Below, in pieces: positions 42,101 to 50,100 of a DNA stretch of 64,000 nt. A program made the translations under genes and the position numbers. Positions within the stretch are counted from its first letter, which is position 1, and each line of letters begins with the position of its first letter. The notes beneath the pieces are model-generated. The model was not told the DNA's origin and made no database searches. It saw nothing but the letters and a program-made list of their open reading frames with translations. Source of the DNA: Candidatus Bipolaricaulota bacterium (GTDB taxonomy: Bacteria > Bipolaricaulota > Bipolaricaulia > M55B111); the NCBI GenBank assembly GCA_021735245.1, contig JAIPHJ010000003.1, forward strand, positions 15,717 to 79,716. The letters run 5' to 3'.

Positions 42101-42737
42101 AGATTCTATTAGTGCTACACTAAAAATAAATTCAGGAAAAGATTTACCTACGGTTAATAGCGGGCCTAGAGAAGGGTGGCGAATTATTGCCTCGGCAGAA
42201 CGCAGAGAGATAAACCAAGGTCCAGCTCATGATGAAGACTTTGTTACAGGTAGCAGATTTTGCGGAATTGAACATAGACCCAAAAATATTACAGAAGGGC
42301 TCGATGTTTTCCCCTTTGCTGCTGGAAATGCTAAATATTGGATCCAGGACTTGCGAAGACAATATTATAACAACAAATTTGAAAAAAGAGCCACCCCGCT
42401 GGTTGGAATAGATCTTGATAGTGATTTTCTAGGAGATATGGAAAGCGGTTTAGGGTGGTCAGTACCATTATTGGTGCCAACCGTTTTATTTAAGCAAATT
42501 TTACAGCTTAGCACATCTACAAAAGGGCTCACCCTTGAAAAAAATGGGCGTGTTGCTATGGAGTTAATTACTTGGAGGAGCTATTACACTACAAGCGACT
42601 ATGAACTCAAAAGACCACAGCTATATGGTTCGCAGGTAATTCTGCGACCAGATGTTTATGAAGCCTTACTTGAGATCAAGGGGGCCAAAATAGTGTTTCG
42701 CGAGTTCATTCGAGGATCCTTAGGGTTAACTGAATAA
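36186..42737 (+). CDS. giant STAND-type NTPase with N-terminal Cap4/DUF4297-like PD-(D/E)xK nuclease domain (2183 aa; Avs/bNACHT-like defence protein)
   Basis: N-terminus GARKGYLYQD...DDF...ELIQIKH (G-[FY]-x-[FY]-Q and D...E-x-K). Walker A LLITGPPGHGKSW (nt 37101-37124). Walker B IAVIVDGLDHA (nt ~37386-37409). About 1700 aa of helical-repeat-like sequence, then a distinct beta-like C-terminal ~300 aa. Confidence 0.8.
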   Translation: MSLQGARKGYLYQDLIVATQLVDVILGETDKVWVDEKKTNPDKFDDFASRSIQDDHELIQIKHTDQDKRLLELQDFNNSDNSDPYLEDLLSTAIAYKEGPGADASNITFRYFANYGEPKEKIKQLLSEPGESLPPLLSGDQTRRFKFDVNTLWSFIGQEGDIKDHFGSLRENFDEEDVKWFLKRFVIEVGAPEASFDSRKPGELEGLLINRLKQEVGAGSYPNTHRDPIDVAAALIETAKGARVGEVHITRQELLKSTRLQSDFGSVSKANPVNKNIEVTRTEATEEVISKSELAADNGIPLLITGPPGHGKSWIMKQVSKNLDNQCWDVVEHYCYIEGSEQEREARVKTSSIIGSFIKRLEEKFPNVVEEKRPRYAATVEKLENILQGILTKYPEKSIAVIVDGLDHATRVRGRNTNELDPARIIANNLAKIDLPLNTTLIVASQPGEHLEPLRELEAIEMEAPPFSREDLKELAQALGVLQKTSEASKPTQSLIEPENDSLQRDFFDALEERSAGNALYATYLCQELLGSSKAQIDPVQIIWDLPEFDENLEGYYEYLYTKLGESHVAELLGLVEFTITKDEIADIKNIRPEFIGNVLTTLRPVLKETQSGYGVYHESFSRYLTKKLEKNPEIKAGLLDEVIDWLTGIGLFTDGRAYRFLLPTKAKAGYDQEVVKQVDKDFLVNSVEAGFMPSAIIKNIETASKCAGNTGNWPALARFVELSKAAASYEYERIDILIEFFDVLTEQIEADKVAERLLFGGKTTVPSREGLQLCKKVDEHGVVAPWEKYIDIYEKEQEENNTSYGEASEKRVALAYLRGKLRTILDKASEIRKTDEDGPEVIFLVSGDNLIEPDDKTINEQLEKEKIFSLDRLADWINNNDGLPADEIVGTVWDVIGPPVLPELFDLLQDPFTYKLAFAEKVDSENPTSIEPSATGIACSVAEGSIPTGSVNRLFEMNVPLKKISSGEDEDLQNPLIEKTKNLQEENAHLEPERIKDWLDICKINARLDPSGIDEAKSILSGEGWYPCWLSFVLDLCKAEEKEDNNEKSKAALEALNILTQDVRPFAGSPRASDLHSIRGIIKSTIGRALQLIEDEEWSPALEVLKTIGKRLGLKLRGAMAGPVRIDSLLELIINNNNSARQETSMAYLDSIISEHSEEQYYGNLARFHLFRARLAMAGNDSAKVEEEWNSACELFTSYRFHKDTTIFELLEPLPSLINEDELHSRVLLEKTQSLCLRALNHSDGKETNGALPKWWKLLAEADPLGLVQIIGPELLDDCNMPQERLDKTRLDLWRAHRQKVNPLVAGALRLTLMSGLEKEDPDLMERLLNSLDDENNTRFLAKALLSRVDERPLQYSNSGSNELLKKDSQYVQQLNELAEKNNIRTLNHNRLSNLSQNTRKNKFGRSPEKQSTQEFLDSKIIRSFGKGKTGLREIIRTWHNSTINNSGSKWAVDRFVNLIGYRMHELIEKDMVDEVRTAIRRLASINYSDSKDMELLSKLGKGFERLGREDLTALTYTLRWTRARGGGGWLTFGGKEGLDDLSKAASINSDLTLHLVAEEVGRAIASDPIAVNGISQALIFAFAHIDFGELFTSSSVEIAFDCWEEAFSIIDSRLPRVGDRDDPSPKYENLTQLPPRESYFPKEMVRSIAQNEGKVSRQIEFNKILSAATVAGLAHPGREQKRRSLIAISMLLEESPESIASGIKMSLDTISDCSTLSWLLSYLKQLNCNLEPVLRHCKPELRALLKSNKLTVRVLARKLLKTIQDDLPSPPATEPAGKLFRHSSSLVSRFGKTDSEVKQDAKEEHVKIAKSIVKEFAESRIAKAEQLVPNLRREVMNQLVARVSSDIFQERFQAQIDALSSGNKNSLPNAILEDFETTEEILQRLAAGARIEKAQKGKIIKDATSWEDRLAQTILDSPSLPLKIEKTRRPRPEKPIPPDKGAKVWQVAEESAITGQYKEKESIVDSSIYKDSISATLKINSGKDLPTVNSGPREGWRIIASAERREINQGPAHDEDFVTGSRFCGIEHRPKNITEGLDVFPFAAGNAKYWIQDLRRQYYNNKFEKRATPLVGIDLDSDFLGDMESGLGWSVPLLVPTVLFKQILQLSTSTKGLTLEKNGRVAMELITWRSYYTTSDYELKRPQLYGSQVILRPDVYEALLEIKGAKIVFREFIRGSLGLTE

Positions 42738-42893
42738 ATTGTTTTGTAGGTCCCTCTAATTTAAATAAGGTTTGCTACAGAGTGGTTAAAAAGATAAAAT
42801 CTATTAATTTACTAATAATATCTGTTTTAAATCGCATTTGTAATTAGGCAGTTTTAATACAGGATAATTTTTTCTTGAGTTTAATTTTTAAAC

Positions 42894-42917
42894 CCCCGCC
42901 AGCCGGGGAGATTTTTT
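42894..42917 (+). terminator. Rho-independent terminator after the giant gene
   Basis: ccccg-ccagc-cgggg followed by agaTTTTTT. Confidence 0.65.
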
Positions 42918-43119
42918 ATTTGAAAACCGCTTGGTCTTTTCTCGCACTTTTAATTATGTAGCAGCATCCCGGCCTGGCGTAAAGGACAACCCAAACGCTT
43001 ACACGTTCCAGCTCGTTCCTCCTTGACCCCAGTCCGGCCCGGCTGCGTTCTCGCAGGATAGCGAGAAAAGCCAAGCTCGCAAGTAACTGTAGTCGGCTTT
43101 GAAAGGCAACGTTTCAACC

Positions 43120-43476
43120 ATGACGAAAAACCAAACTGACGCACGCCAGGTGGTCAACTACGAGCTCTACGCCAACCAGACCCTCCTGGTAAACGACCTG
43201 TTAAAGCACGGCCTTATCTCATGGGATAAGGCGTACAGCTCCGGAAGCGGCATAGAAGAGGGCACTGAGATATTCGAGTGGTGGCTGGTCTCAAATGATT
43301 TAGCTCGATTGCTGGTTGACGAGGAAGAAACGGTCATCGAGGAGTACGGCTGCTACTGGTGGGGCAGGACGACCACCGGACAGGCAGTCTACATGGACTA
43401 TGTTATAGAAGAGATTGCCGCTTCCTACTTCCCGGAACCGGACACGGACGCGACACGGACCGGTGCCAGAGGGTAG
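43120..43476 (+). CDS. hypothetical protein (118 aa)
   Basis: ATG at 43120 preferred over the TTG at 43099. Visibly GC-richer than its neighbours. Followed by a hairpin (43488-43510, contains plus-strand G-U pairs) and a T-rich tract. Confidence 0.55.
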   Translation: MTKNQTDARQVVNYELYANQTLLVNDLLKHGLISWDKAYSSGSGIEEGTEIFEWWLVSNDLARLLVDEEETVIEEYGCYWWGRTTTGQAVYMDYVIEEIAASYFPEPDTDATRTGARG

Positions 43477-43680
43477 TAACTACTGGGCGGGGCAGTTCAC
43501 GCTGTCCCGTCCATTTTCTTTTTTCGTTTCATGTTATCATGACTTCAATTGATGTAAACCTTCCGCGAAAAAATCTCCCGGCTGGCTGCCCGGCACGCCC
43601 CAACCCCCTGAAATACAGTAAGGAAGGTGAAATGTCAATATTTGACATTTCACAAAATAAAAAAACTGTGCTATAATGAA

Positions 43681-43713
43681 AAGTAGCTGGATTCCTTCCA
43701 GCTACTTCTTTTT
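43681..43713 (+). terminator. terminator-like hairpin
   Basis: 10-bp perfect stem aagtagctgg / ccagctactt, 7-nt loop, then a T-rich tail (cttttt). Lies directly after a TGCTATAAT box, so it could instead be an operator or attenuator. Confidence 0.4.
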
Positions 43714-43885
43714 CTTTCCTTTATAAAATGACCCTTTCCTCTTCCCGGCCGACCCGTCCTGGCGAAGAGAGGACTCCTTCGGGCCCAGTCAAGGAGACCG
43801 GCCTCCCAGGAGCCTGACGCCCGCAGGTTCCGGGGGGTGGAAGGGTCAGACCCCACTATTACTACATTTACATAGAGGTGGTAGC

Positions 43886-44182
43886 ATGCCAAAAGAAGTT
43901 GGTGTTACCTTCAACCAGGCCAAACGTGCGGCAAGGAGCCTCAACTACCGCAGGCGGTTAAACGATCAGCTACCCGAACTCGAGGGTAAACTGGTACGTT
44001 ACATCCGCCAGCAGGTAGGTGAAAGTTCGGACGTTTCTGCGCTAATCGGACCTTACAAGGTTAAACTATATGAGGGTGAGATCTCCATCAAGGAAGTCGA
44101 CCCTATAGATCCAAACCAACTGAAGTTCGAGTTCTTCGACGAAAACGTAGAGGAGGTAGAAGATGAAACAAGGCATGGTTGA
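43886..44182 (+). CDS. hypothetical protein (98 aa), first gene of a four-gene coupled operon
   Basis: GAGGTGG RBS; overlaps the next ORF. Confidence 0.55.
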   Translation: MPKEVGVTFNQAKRAARSLNYRRRLNDQLPELEGKLVRYIRQQVGESSDVSALIGPYKVKLYEGEISIKEVDPIDPNQLKFEFFDENVEEVEDETRHG

Positions 44183-44528
44183 GAAAGTAAAGAAGGTCAA
44201 CTCCAACGAGTCAAGCTATTATAAGTTAAAAATTGACGGAGAAACCTATAGCTTGTGGTCCAGTCTGCCCAAGACGGTCGGTAAGGGCAGCGAGGTAAAG
44301 TTCAAATACCAGACCAGAGAAAAGGACGGCAAAGAGTTTAAGAACATCACGGAGCTTAAACCACTCGAGAACGGCAAACCCGACCACACCGACAAGCGGA
44401 TACTGGCACTTTCCATAAGCGGCTGGCTGCTGGATAAAAAAGACGAACCAATTGAACTGATGGAACTGTTGAAAAAGGCGGCCCGAATCCATTCCTGGCT
44501 TAAAGGTGATCCGGATGCAATTGAGTGA
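44163..44528 (+). CDS. hypothetical protein (121 aa)
   Basis: Overlapping starts and stops with both neighbours; no family recognised. Confidence 0.55.
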   Translation: MKQGMVEKVKKVNSNESSYYKLKIDGETYSLWSSLPKTVGKGSEVKFKYQTREKDGKEFKNITELKPLENGKPDHTDKRILALSISGWLLDKKDEPIELMELLKKAARIHSWLKGDPDAIE

Positions 44529-44877
44529 GTACGCAAACCAGAAGATAAAGCTGATTCAAGGCATATCCGGTGTCTTTCACACTCCATATATCATTGAAGG
44601 TGAAATTTCTTCTACCGGCAAGACGATAGAGGTAGAAGAAAAGCACGGAAGCAGAACTTACCGGCTGGATACCGAGAAAATCCTTACCGGTGGAGTAGAA
44701 GTGAGACGGGCTACCACGTTTAAGCTCTATACGAGAAAGAATTACCTCTCCCAAAAGAGAGCAAACTACGATCCGGCAAACTACCGGAATACGGATACCG
44801 ACGAAGTTGCCGAGGAGATGGCCAGAGGAGACTTCGTAAAACCGACCCACCAAGAAATCCAAGATGGAGGTGGATAA
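44506..44877 (+). CDS. hypothetical protein (123 aa)
   Basis: Coupled to both neighbours; the true start may be the internal Met at 44515. Confidence 0.5.
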   Translation: MIRMQLSEYANQKIKLIQGISGVFHTPYIIEGEISSTGKTIEVEEKHGSRTYRLDTEKILTGGVEVRRATTFKLYTRKNYLSQKRANYDPANYRNTDTDEVAEEMARGDFVKPTHQEIQDGGG

Positions 44878-45065
44878 TGGAAGGCAGACTAGCGGTAGAG
44901 TTGACCGACTCAGGTAAAGAGTCCTCACCGGATCCAGACGAGGAGGACCCGGAAGAGAAGATCTTCAACGCAATCTTCGCGGAAGAAAAAGAAGAAAAGC
45001 TGGAACGGATAAGAATGTTAGTTGAAGTGGAGCTGATGGAACGGGACCTAAAAGAGGAAAGCTAA
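44877..45065 (+). CDS. hypothetical acidic protein (62 aa)
   Basis: ATG overlaps the upstream stop (ATAATG). Confidence 0.45.
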   Translation: MEGRLAVELTDSGKESSPDPDEEDPEEKIFNAIFAEEKEEKLERIRMLVEVELMERDLKEES

Positions 45066-45155
45066 GTTCTTTTTTATTCGAAGTCAAAAATCCACGCCGA
45101 AATTTTACCCCCGCTGACCCTCATAATTCCAAACAACTTTCATTGAGGTGATAGA

Positions 45156-45320
45156 ATGGATAGGAACGAGGAATTGAGGAAGCTGAAGCAAGCAGTTTAC
45201 GAAGGAGCAGTAGATTATACCTGCCCGAACTGTGGTTCGATGATAAGAGGTGAGCCGGACGCCAAGAGACTGTGGTGTCCGACCTGTGAGAAGCACGTAG
45301 AGGTAACGCCGGTCGTTTAG
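45156..45320 (+). CDS. small zinc-ribbon protein (54 aa)
   Basis: Own translation: MDRNEELRKLKQAVYEGAVDYTCPNCGSMIRGEPDAKRLWCPTCEKHVEVTPVV. GAGGTG RBS; followed by a terminator; below the track cutoff. Confidence 0.6.
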   Translation: MDRNEELRKLKQAVYEGAVDYTCPNCGSMIRGEPDAKRLWCPTCEKHVEVTPVV

Positions 45321-45354
45321 ATACGGCTAAGATAAATTCAACAACCAATTTTCG

Positions 45355-45381
45355 AGAGGTGCTAAGCGGCACCTCTTTTTT
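45355..45381 (+). terminator. Rho-independent terminator
   Basis: agaggtgc-taagcg-gcacctct followed by TTTTT. Same stem sequence as the terminators at 35729 and 45767. Confidence 0.8.
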
Positions 45382-45480
45382 CGGAGTACCGTTAGTTATA
45401 AGTTAGAAAGACCCGAGCGAGTTTTTTTGCTAATTTTCTGAAAATCTTTAATACTTAATTGGCTGAGAAAGGAGGTCAAA

Positions 45481-45660
45481 ATGCCAAAATGGGTGATCGA
45501 CGAGGGTGATAGTTGTCCAAAATGCGGAGCAGACATAGAAGTTTTGGTGGATGAGGACAATAAGTTTAATGTGGAAGAAGGGATTGAATTTCCTAAGGCG
45601 GAAAGGTGCACGGAATGTAAGTGGGAACATAAACTGGAAGGGAGTAAAACAAACGGGTGA
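45481..45660 (+). CDS. small zinc-ribbon protein (59 aa)
   Basis: Own translation: MPKWVIDEGDSCPKCGADIEVLVDEDNKFNVEEGIEFPKAERCTECKWEHKLEGSKTNG. AGGAGG RBS. Confidence 0.6.
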   Translation: MPKWVIDEGDSCPKCGADIEVLVDEDNKFNVEEGIEFPKAERCTECKWEHKLEGSKTNG

Positions 45661-45766
45661 AATGGCCAGTTAGAATAAATTAACTACTATGGGACTGACT
45701 TTTTGGATTGTTGTAGGAAAGAGAGAAAAGATTTTTGAGATATTTTAGCCTTATCAAAGTATCTAA

Positions 45767-45794
45767 AGAGGTGCTCAAAAGCACCTCTTTTTTT
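45767..45794 (+). terminator. Rho-independent terminator
   Basis: agaggtg-ctcaaaag-cacctct followed by TTTTTT. Confidence 0.8.
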
Positions 45795-45994
45795 ATTGCT
45801 TCAAAAAAGCCCCCCGGACCTCTTTTAACCATGCTAGAGACTAGATTAACAATTCAGCCAAACTGAATCTTCGGGGTAAAAACCCCGGCGAGGTTTTTAC
45901 CCTACTAAACTAGTCCCTATAAAAGAGGACCGCCCGCTTTACCCCCTGAAACACAAAGTCCTTACCAGTAGGTACAGACTTTGGCTTCTTCCCC
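45767..45994 (+). ncRNA. structured non-coding module, copy B
   Basis: Collinear with 35729-35952. Hairpins at 45852-45868, 45874-45902 and 45954-45983. Confidence 0.45.
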
Positions 45995-46011
45995 AATTAA
46001 GAGGTGTAAGA

Positions 46012-46151
46012 AATCACAAAAACCAGCTCCGCAGTACCACCGATCCAAACCCCGGCGTGGTTTGGCGGTTGCATTCTCGTTTGTTTACTTCAGAAACTGA
46101 AGACCATGCTAAACAAACTCCGAAAACTACTTTGGAGCAGGTTTTGTGATT
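46012..46151 (+). ncRNA. additional ~140-nt multi-hairpin element directly after copy B
   Basis: Closing stem 46012-46030 / 46134-46151 (about 17 bp with one bulge and one mismatch). It encloses ccaaacc-ccggcgt-ggtttgg and gtttgttta...taaacaaac, which contains cttcag-aaa-ctgaag. Confidence 0.35.
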
Positions 46152-46506
46152 AAAAAAATTGCACCCTACTCAGCGGGTTTTACTTTCATATTTAGCTAGG
46201 CTCTCTCAGAAGTGGTCAAGGCAGCCTCTCATTTACATTCTAAGCGGTTTTTGACCAGGATCGGATGGTTACCACATTGGCTAAAGCAAGTTCGCTGTTT
46301 ATTATCTGATAAAAAGCTGGAGTCACAATTTCTTTTCACACTACTTACGCTTCTTATCCTTTTATAGGTTTACCTAGTTTGTGAAAACATGACTCGACCG
46401 CTACCATTAATGGGCTTCCCGTGGCACCTGAGGATGTTTAGGAGCTTGGGGTTGAAATTAGAGCTTGAAAGGAAAAGCGAGTCGGTAGTGAATCGGAGGT
46501 AAACTT

Positions 46507-46944
46507 ATGGAAAAAGACCTAAAGGAGCTGGCCAGCAAATACGATTCGCTGACCGATCTTGAAAAGATCGATTTAGAAGTGAAAGCACACGGAGAGGCTA
46601 CAAATGAGTGGTTTTTAAACAGACCTGAAGAAATAGTTAACCTGATGACTTCCAGTTGGTTTCACCTTCATGAACTCGGCCTAGAAATAGGTGAAGACGG
46701 GCGACTCAGATTAAAGAAAGTAATTATCTCCGAAATCCCGGAAGGAGAAATAAAAGAGAACCTTAAATCTGCCAGTGATTTCATCTCCAATTATTTCACT
46801 ATTGTCGTCAAATTCCTCGAAAACCCCGAACTGATAAAATCCGAACCTCCCAACCAGGACGATTCTGGCGATTGGGGCGAGGAGGAATTCCTCATCGGTT
46901 TGCTAGATAAGAGGCGGGGTGGGGGCTTCGAACTATTTGAATAA
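46507..46944 (+). CDS. hypothetical acidic protein (145 aa)
   Basis: GGAGG RBS; upstream of the helicase gene; no family recognised. Confidence 0.55.
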   Translation: MEKDLKELASKYDSLTDLEKIDLEVKAHGEATNEWFLNRPEEIVNLMTSSWFHLHELGLEIGEDGRLRLKKVIISEIPEGEIKENLKSASDFISNYFTIVVKFLENPELIKSEPPNQDDSGDWGEEEFLIGLLDKRRGGGFELFE

Positions 46945-47106
46945 TCAGACCCGTAATTCACCTTAGCTATATTAACGCTTATTTGGACACCACGAACTAT
47001 TTTCACTTTACTTCTTTCTTTCAAATGTTTGGATAAATCACTTTGTTTCTTTACCCTATATTAACTAATAAATGCACAAAAGCCTTGATTTCAGGAGGCA
47101 AAGAAC

Positions 47107-50100
47107 ATGGAACAAAGGCTCGAAGAGGGACAGCTCGTGGAAGCACCTTTCTTAAGTGGTAGAGGGGAACTAAAGTCAGTTAAGAAAAGGCCCGGCTACC
47201 ACAAACTCGAAGTATTGATAGAAGATACCAACCAACTCAAAACGTTCACCCTTACCGAAGAGGAAGTAGATAAGATAAAAACAATTGACCAAACGGAGAG
47301 GATGATTGAGGACAGCGAGGACTTTTTCCTGGGGATAGAAGCTTCCCGGATCCGGCTTGCCCACCAGTTTGACCCAATTCTCGCAGTAAATACCGCAAAG
47401 ATCGACCCCCTACCGCACCAGATGGAGGCAGTTTACGAGTACGCGCTGAAGAACAGCCCCAGAGTGAGGTTCATGATCGCTGACGACGCCGGTGCCGGAA
47501 AGACAATCATGGGCGGGCTGTTAATTAAGGAACTACAGTACCGCAACCTGGCAAATAGGATACTCATAGTTGTCCCCGGGCACCTAAAGTACCAATGGCA
47601 AAGGGAAATGAAAGATAAGTTTGATACCAATTTCCGGATGATAAACCGAAATGCAATTAAAACATCCTTTTCGGAAAATGTCTGGGAAGAACACAACCGC
47701 TGTATAGCCACAGTAGACTTCCTAAAGCAGGACGATATTCTAAATTCTATAAAGGGAACCTACTGGGACCTGGTAGTGGTAGATGAGGCCCACAAGATGG
47801 CCGCTTACAAGTACGGAGATGACGTAAAGAAAACGGACAGGTACCAGGCCGGCGAAGTTCTATCCGATCAATCGACTCACATGCTTTTCCTTACGGCCAC
47901 ACCACACAAAGGAGATAAGGAAAACTTCCGTCTATTTCTTAACTTACTCAGGCCCGGCTACTTCTCAAAAGAAGGCTTAATAGAGAAATCCGTCCAACAA
48001 GGAGACAACCCAGTATTCATCAGGCGGTTGAAAGAGGACCTCCGGCGGTTCGACGGCTCAAAGATATTTCCTCCCCGCCACGTCATCACGGCAAAGTTCA
48101 ACTTGACGAAAGCAGAGCGGCATCTCTACGAAGGCGTAACTCGTTATGTCCAGGATTACTACGACCAGGCAAAGGAGAAAAGACATATCGGATTTGCCAT
48201 GATGATTCTCCAGCGCCGGTTGACCTCCAGCACAAATGCCATACTGGAATCACTAAAGACAAGAAAAGACAAGCTACACGACCTAATGGAACTGCCAGAA
48301 AAGATACAGCAAAGCGACGAGTACGACGAAGTACTGAGAAAGTCCGATGAGCAGCTGGAAGAAGAGATGGAGGAGATGGAGGAAGAAAAACGCTGGGAAC
48401 TGGAACAAAAGCTTACCAATCTAACTATTGCCAACAACCTAGAAGATGTGGAGAAGGAAATTGAGAAGGTCAGTGAGCTAATAGAGCGGGCGAAGAAAGT
48501 AAAAGAACAGGGAATAGAAAACAAACTGAAGAAGCTAAAAGAGGAAGTCCTCTCGGAACTACACGGTAGGAAGCTGCTCATCTTTACCGAATTCAAGGAT
48601 ACTTTGGAATACCTGGTCGAGAAGCTTACCGAGTGGGGCTACAGCACGACACAAATCGAAGGCGGAATGAAGATGGAGGAAAGAGTTGACGCCGAGAAGG
48701 AGTTCAAAGAAGACAAGCAGATAATGGTTGCAACTGAAGCCGCAGGTGAGGGAATTAACCTCCAGTTCTGCTCGCTTATGGTCAACTACGATATTCCCTG
48801 GAACCCGACCCGATTAGAGCAGCGCATGGGAAGGATTCACCGGTACGGTCAGGATGATGAAGTCTACATCTGGAATATAATAAGTAAGGACACCAGAGAG
48901 GGCCAGATTTTGGGTAAGCTATTTACCAAACTTGAACGGATGCGCAAGGACCTTGGCACGGATAGGGTGTTCGATATAATAGGTGACGTAACACCCGGTA
49001 CTGACTTCGGCCAGATGTTCAAAGAAGCGATCTTCGAACAGCGAAAGATCGACGAGATATACGGCGACATAGATCGAACCAGCAGCGACAAGGCGGATGA
49101 GCTTCTCGAGAAGGCAACTGCCGAGGGCTTGGCAACAAAGCACCTAAACTATACAGGAATGGAAAAGCTACGCATGAAGGCCAAGGAAAACCGCCTGGTC
49201 CCCGAATACATAAAGGACTACTTCCTCAGAGCGTTCAACAAACTTGAGGAAGGAGAGATAAAACAGGTAAGGGATTACTACCGCATTGAATCCGTTCCTT
49301 ATGAGCTGAGAAAGTATAATAACGATGCAGAGTTTCTGGACCAATACGGGGAAATAAAGAAACTATACAAAAAGGTTGCTTTCGATAAGGAAACTGCAGG
49401 CCAGGAAGGCTACGAGCAAATCAAACCCGGACACCCTCTTCTGGAGGCACTAAATAAGAAGACTTTACAGAAGTTGAAAAACCCTGGACAGTTTGCCCTA
49501 TTTGCCGATTCCACTGGTAAGCTAGAAGGTACTTTATGGTTCTATAGGGGAGAAATAGAAGATGGCTCTGGTGCTGTTGCAGGCAAGAAGATTTTTTGTC
49601 TCCACGAAAACCCCGACGGTGAAGTAAATCAAGTAAATCCGTCCGTACTCTGGGATCTGGATCCAAAGGATCCGGAAGAAAGAGGTAATTTAGAGGTAGA
49701 TATCGAAGACTACAAAGGTTCCGAGGAAAACGCGGAAGACTATTTGGTTAATAAGCTATTATTTCCTTACAAGGAAGAACTGGTTGAAGAACGAGAAGAA
49801 GAGGCCAAGATCAAGAGGAAATACGGCTTAAAATCACTTGACTACCTTATAAGCGAGTCCAATGATAAACTGCTCGAATACGACCAGAAGCTTTCGGAAG
49901 GCAAAGACTACGATATGGTAATTAGACAAGAGGAAAAAAGAAAGCAAAGGTTAGAACGCAAAAGAGATGAACTAGAGAAAGAGATCGAACAGGAAACAAA
50001 TTTGAAGGTCTCAGGAAGCACTGTAAAAGGCAAAGCGATAGTTGTGCCTACAAAAGAAGAGTCTGAGACAACTGGCAAGGATATGGTGTCGGATGAAGGA

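Noticed and set aside
36466-42411. Numerous short ORFs on both strands inside the 2183-aa gene, and likewise inside leuS, the helicase, the methylase and the ATPase
   Set aside because: They are nested within long ORFs that carry recognisable motifs, and they show no independent start signals.
42898-43586. 19/20-nt inverted repeat (gccagccggggagatttttt at 42898-42917 vs aaaaaatctcccggctggc at 43568-43586) flanking the 118-aa ORF, considered as MITE/IS terminal inverted repeats
   Set aside because: The left arm is adequately explained as the intrinsic terminator of the giant gene. I saw no target-site duplication and no transposase. It is probably a pair of convergent terminator-like hairpins, though a mobile mini-cassette cannot be fully excluded.
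42950-43892. Minus-strand track ORFs 42950-43144 and 43671-43892, and plus-strand ORF 43359-43676
   Set aside because: They sit in GC-rich hairpin-rich leaders or overlap the better-supported 43120-43476 ORF. They lack an RBS, and their Arg/Pro/Gly-rich translations are typical of out-of-frame GC-rich DNA.
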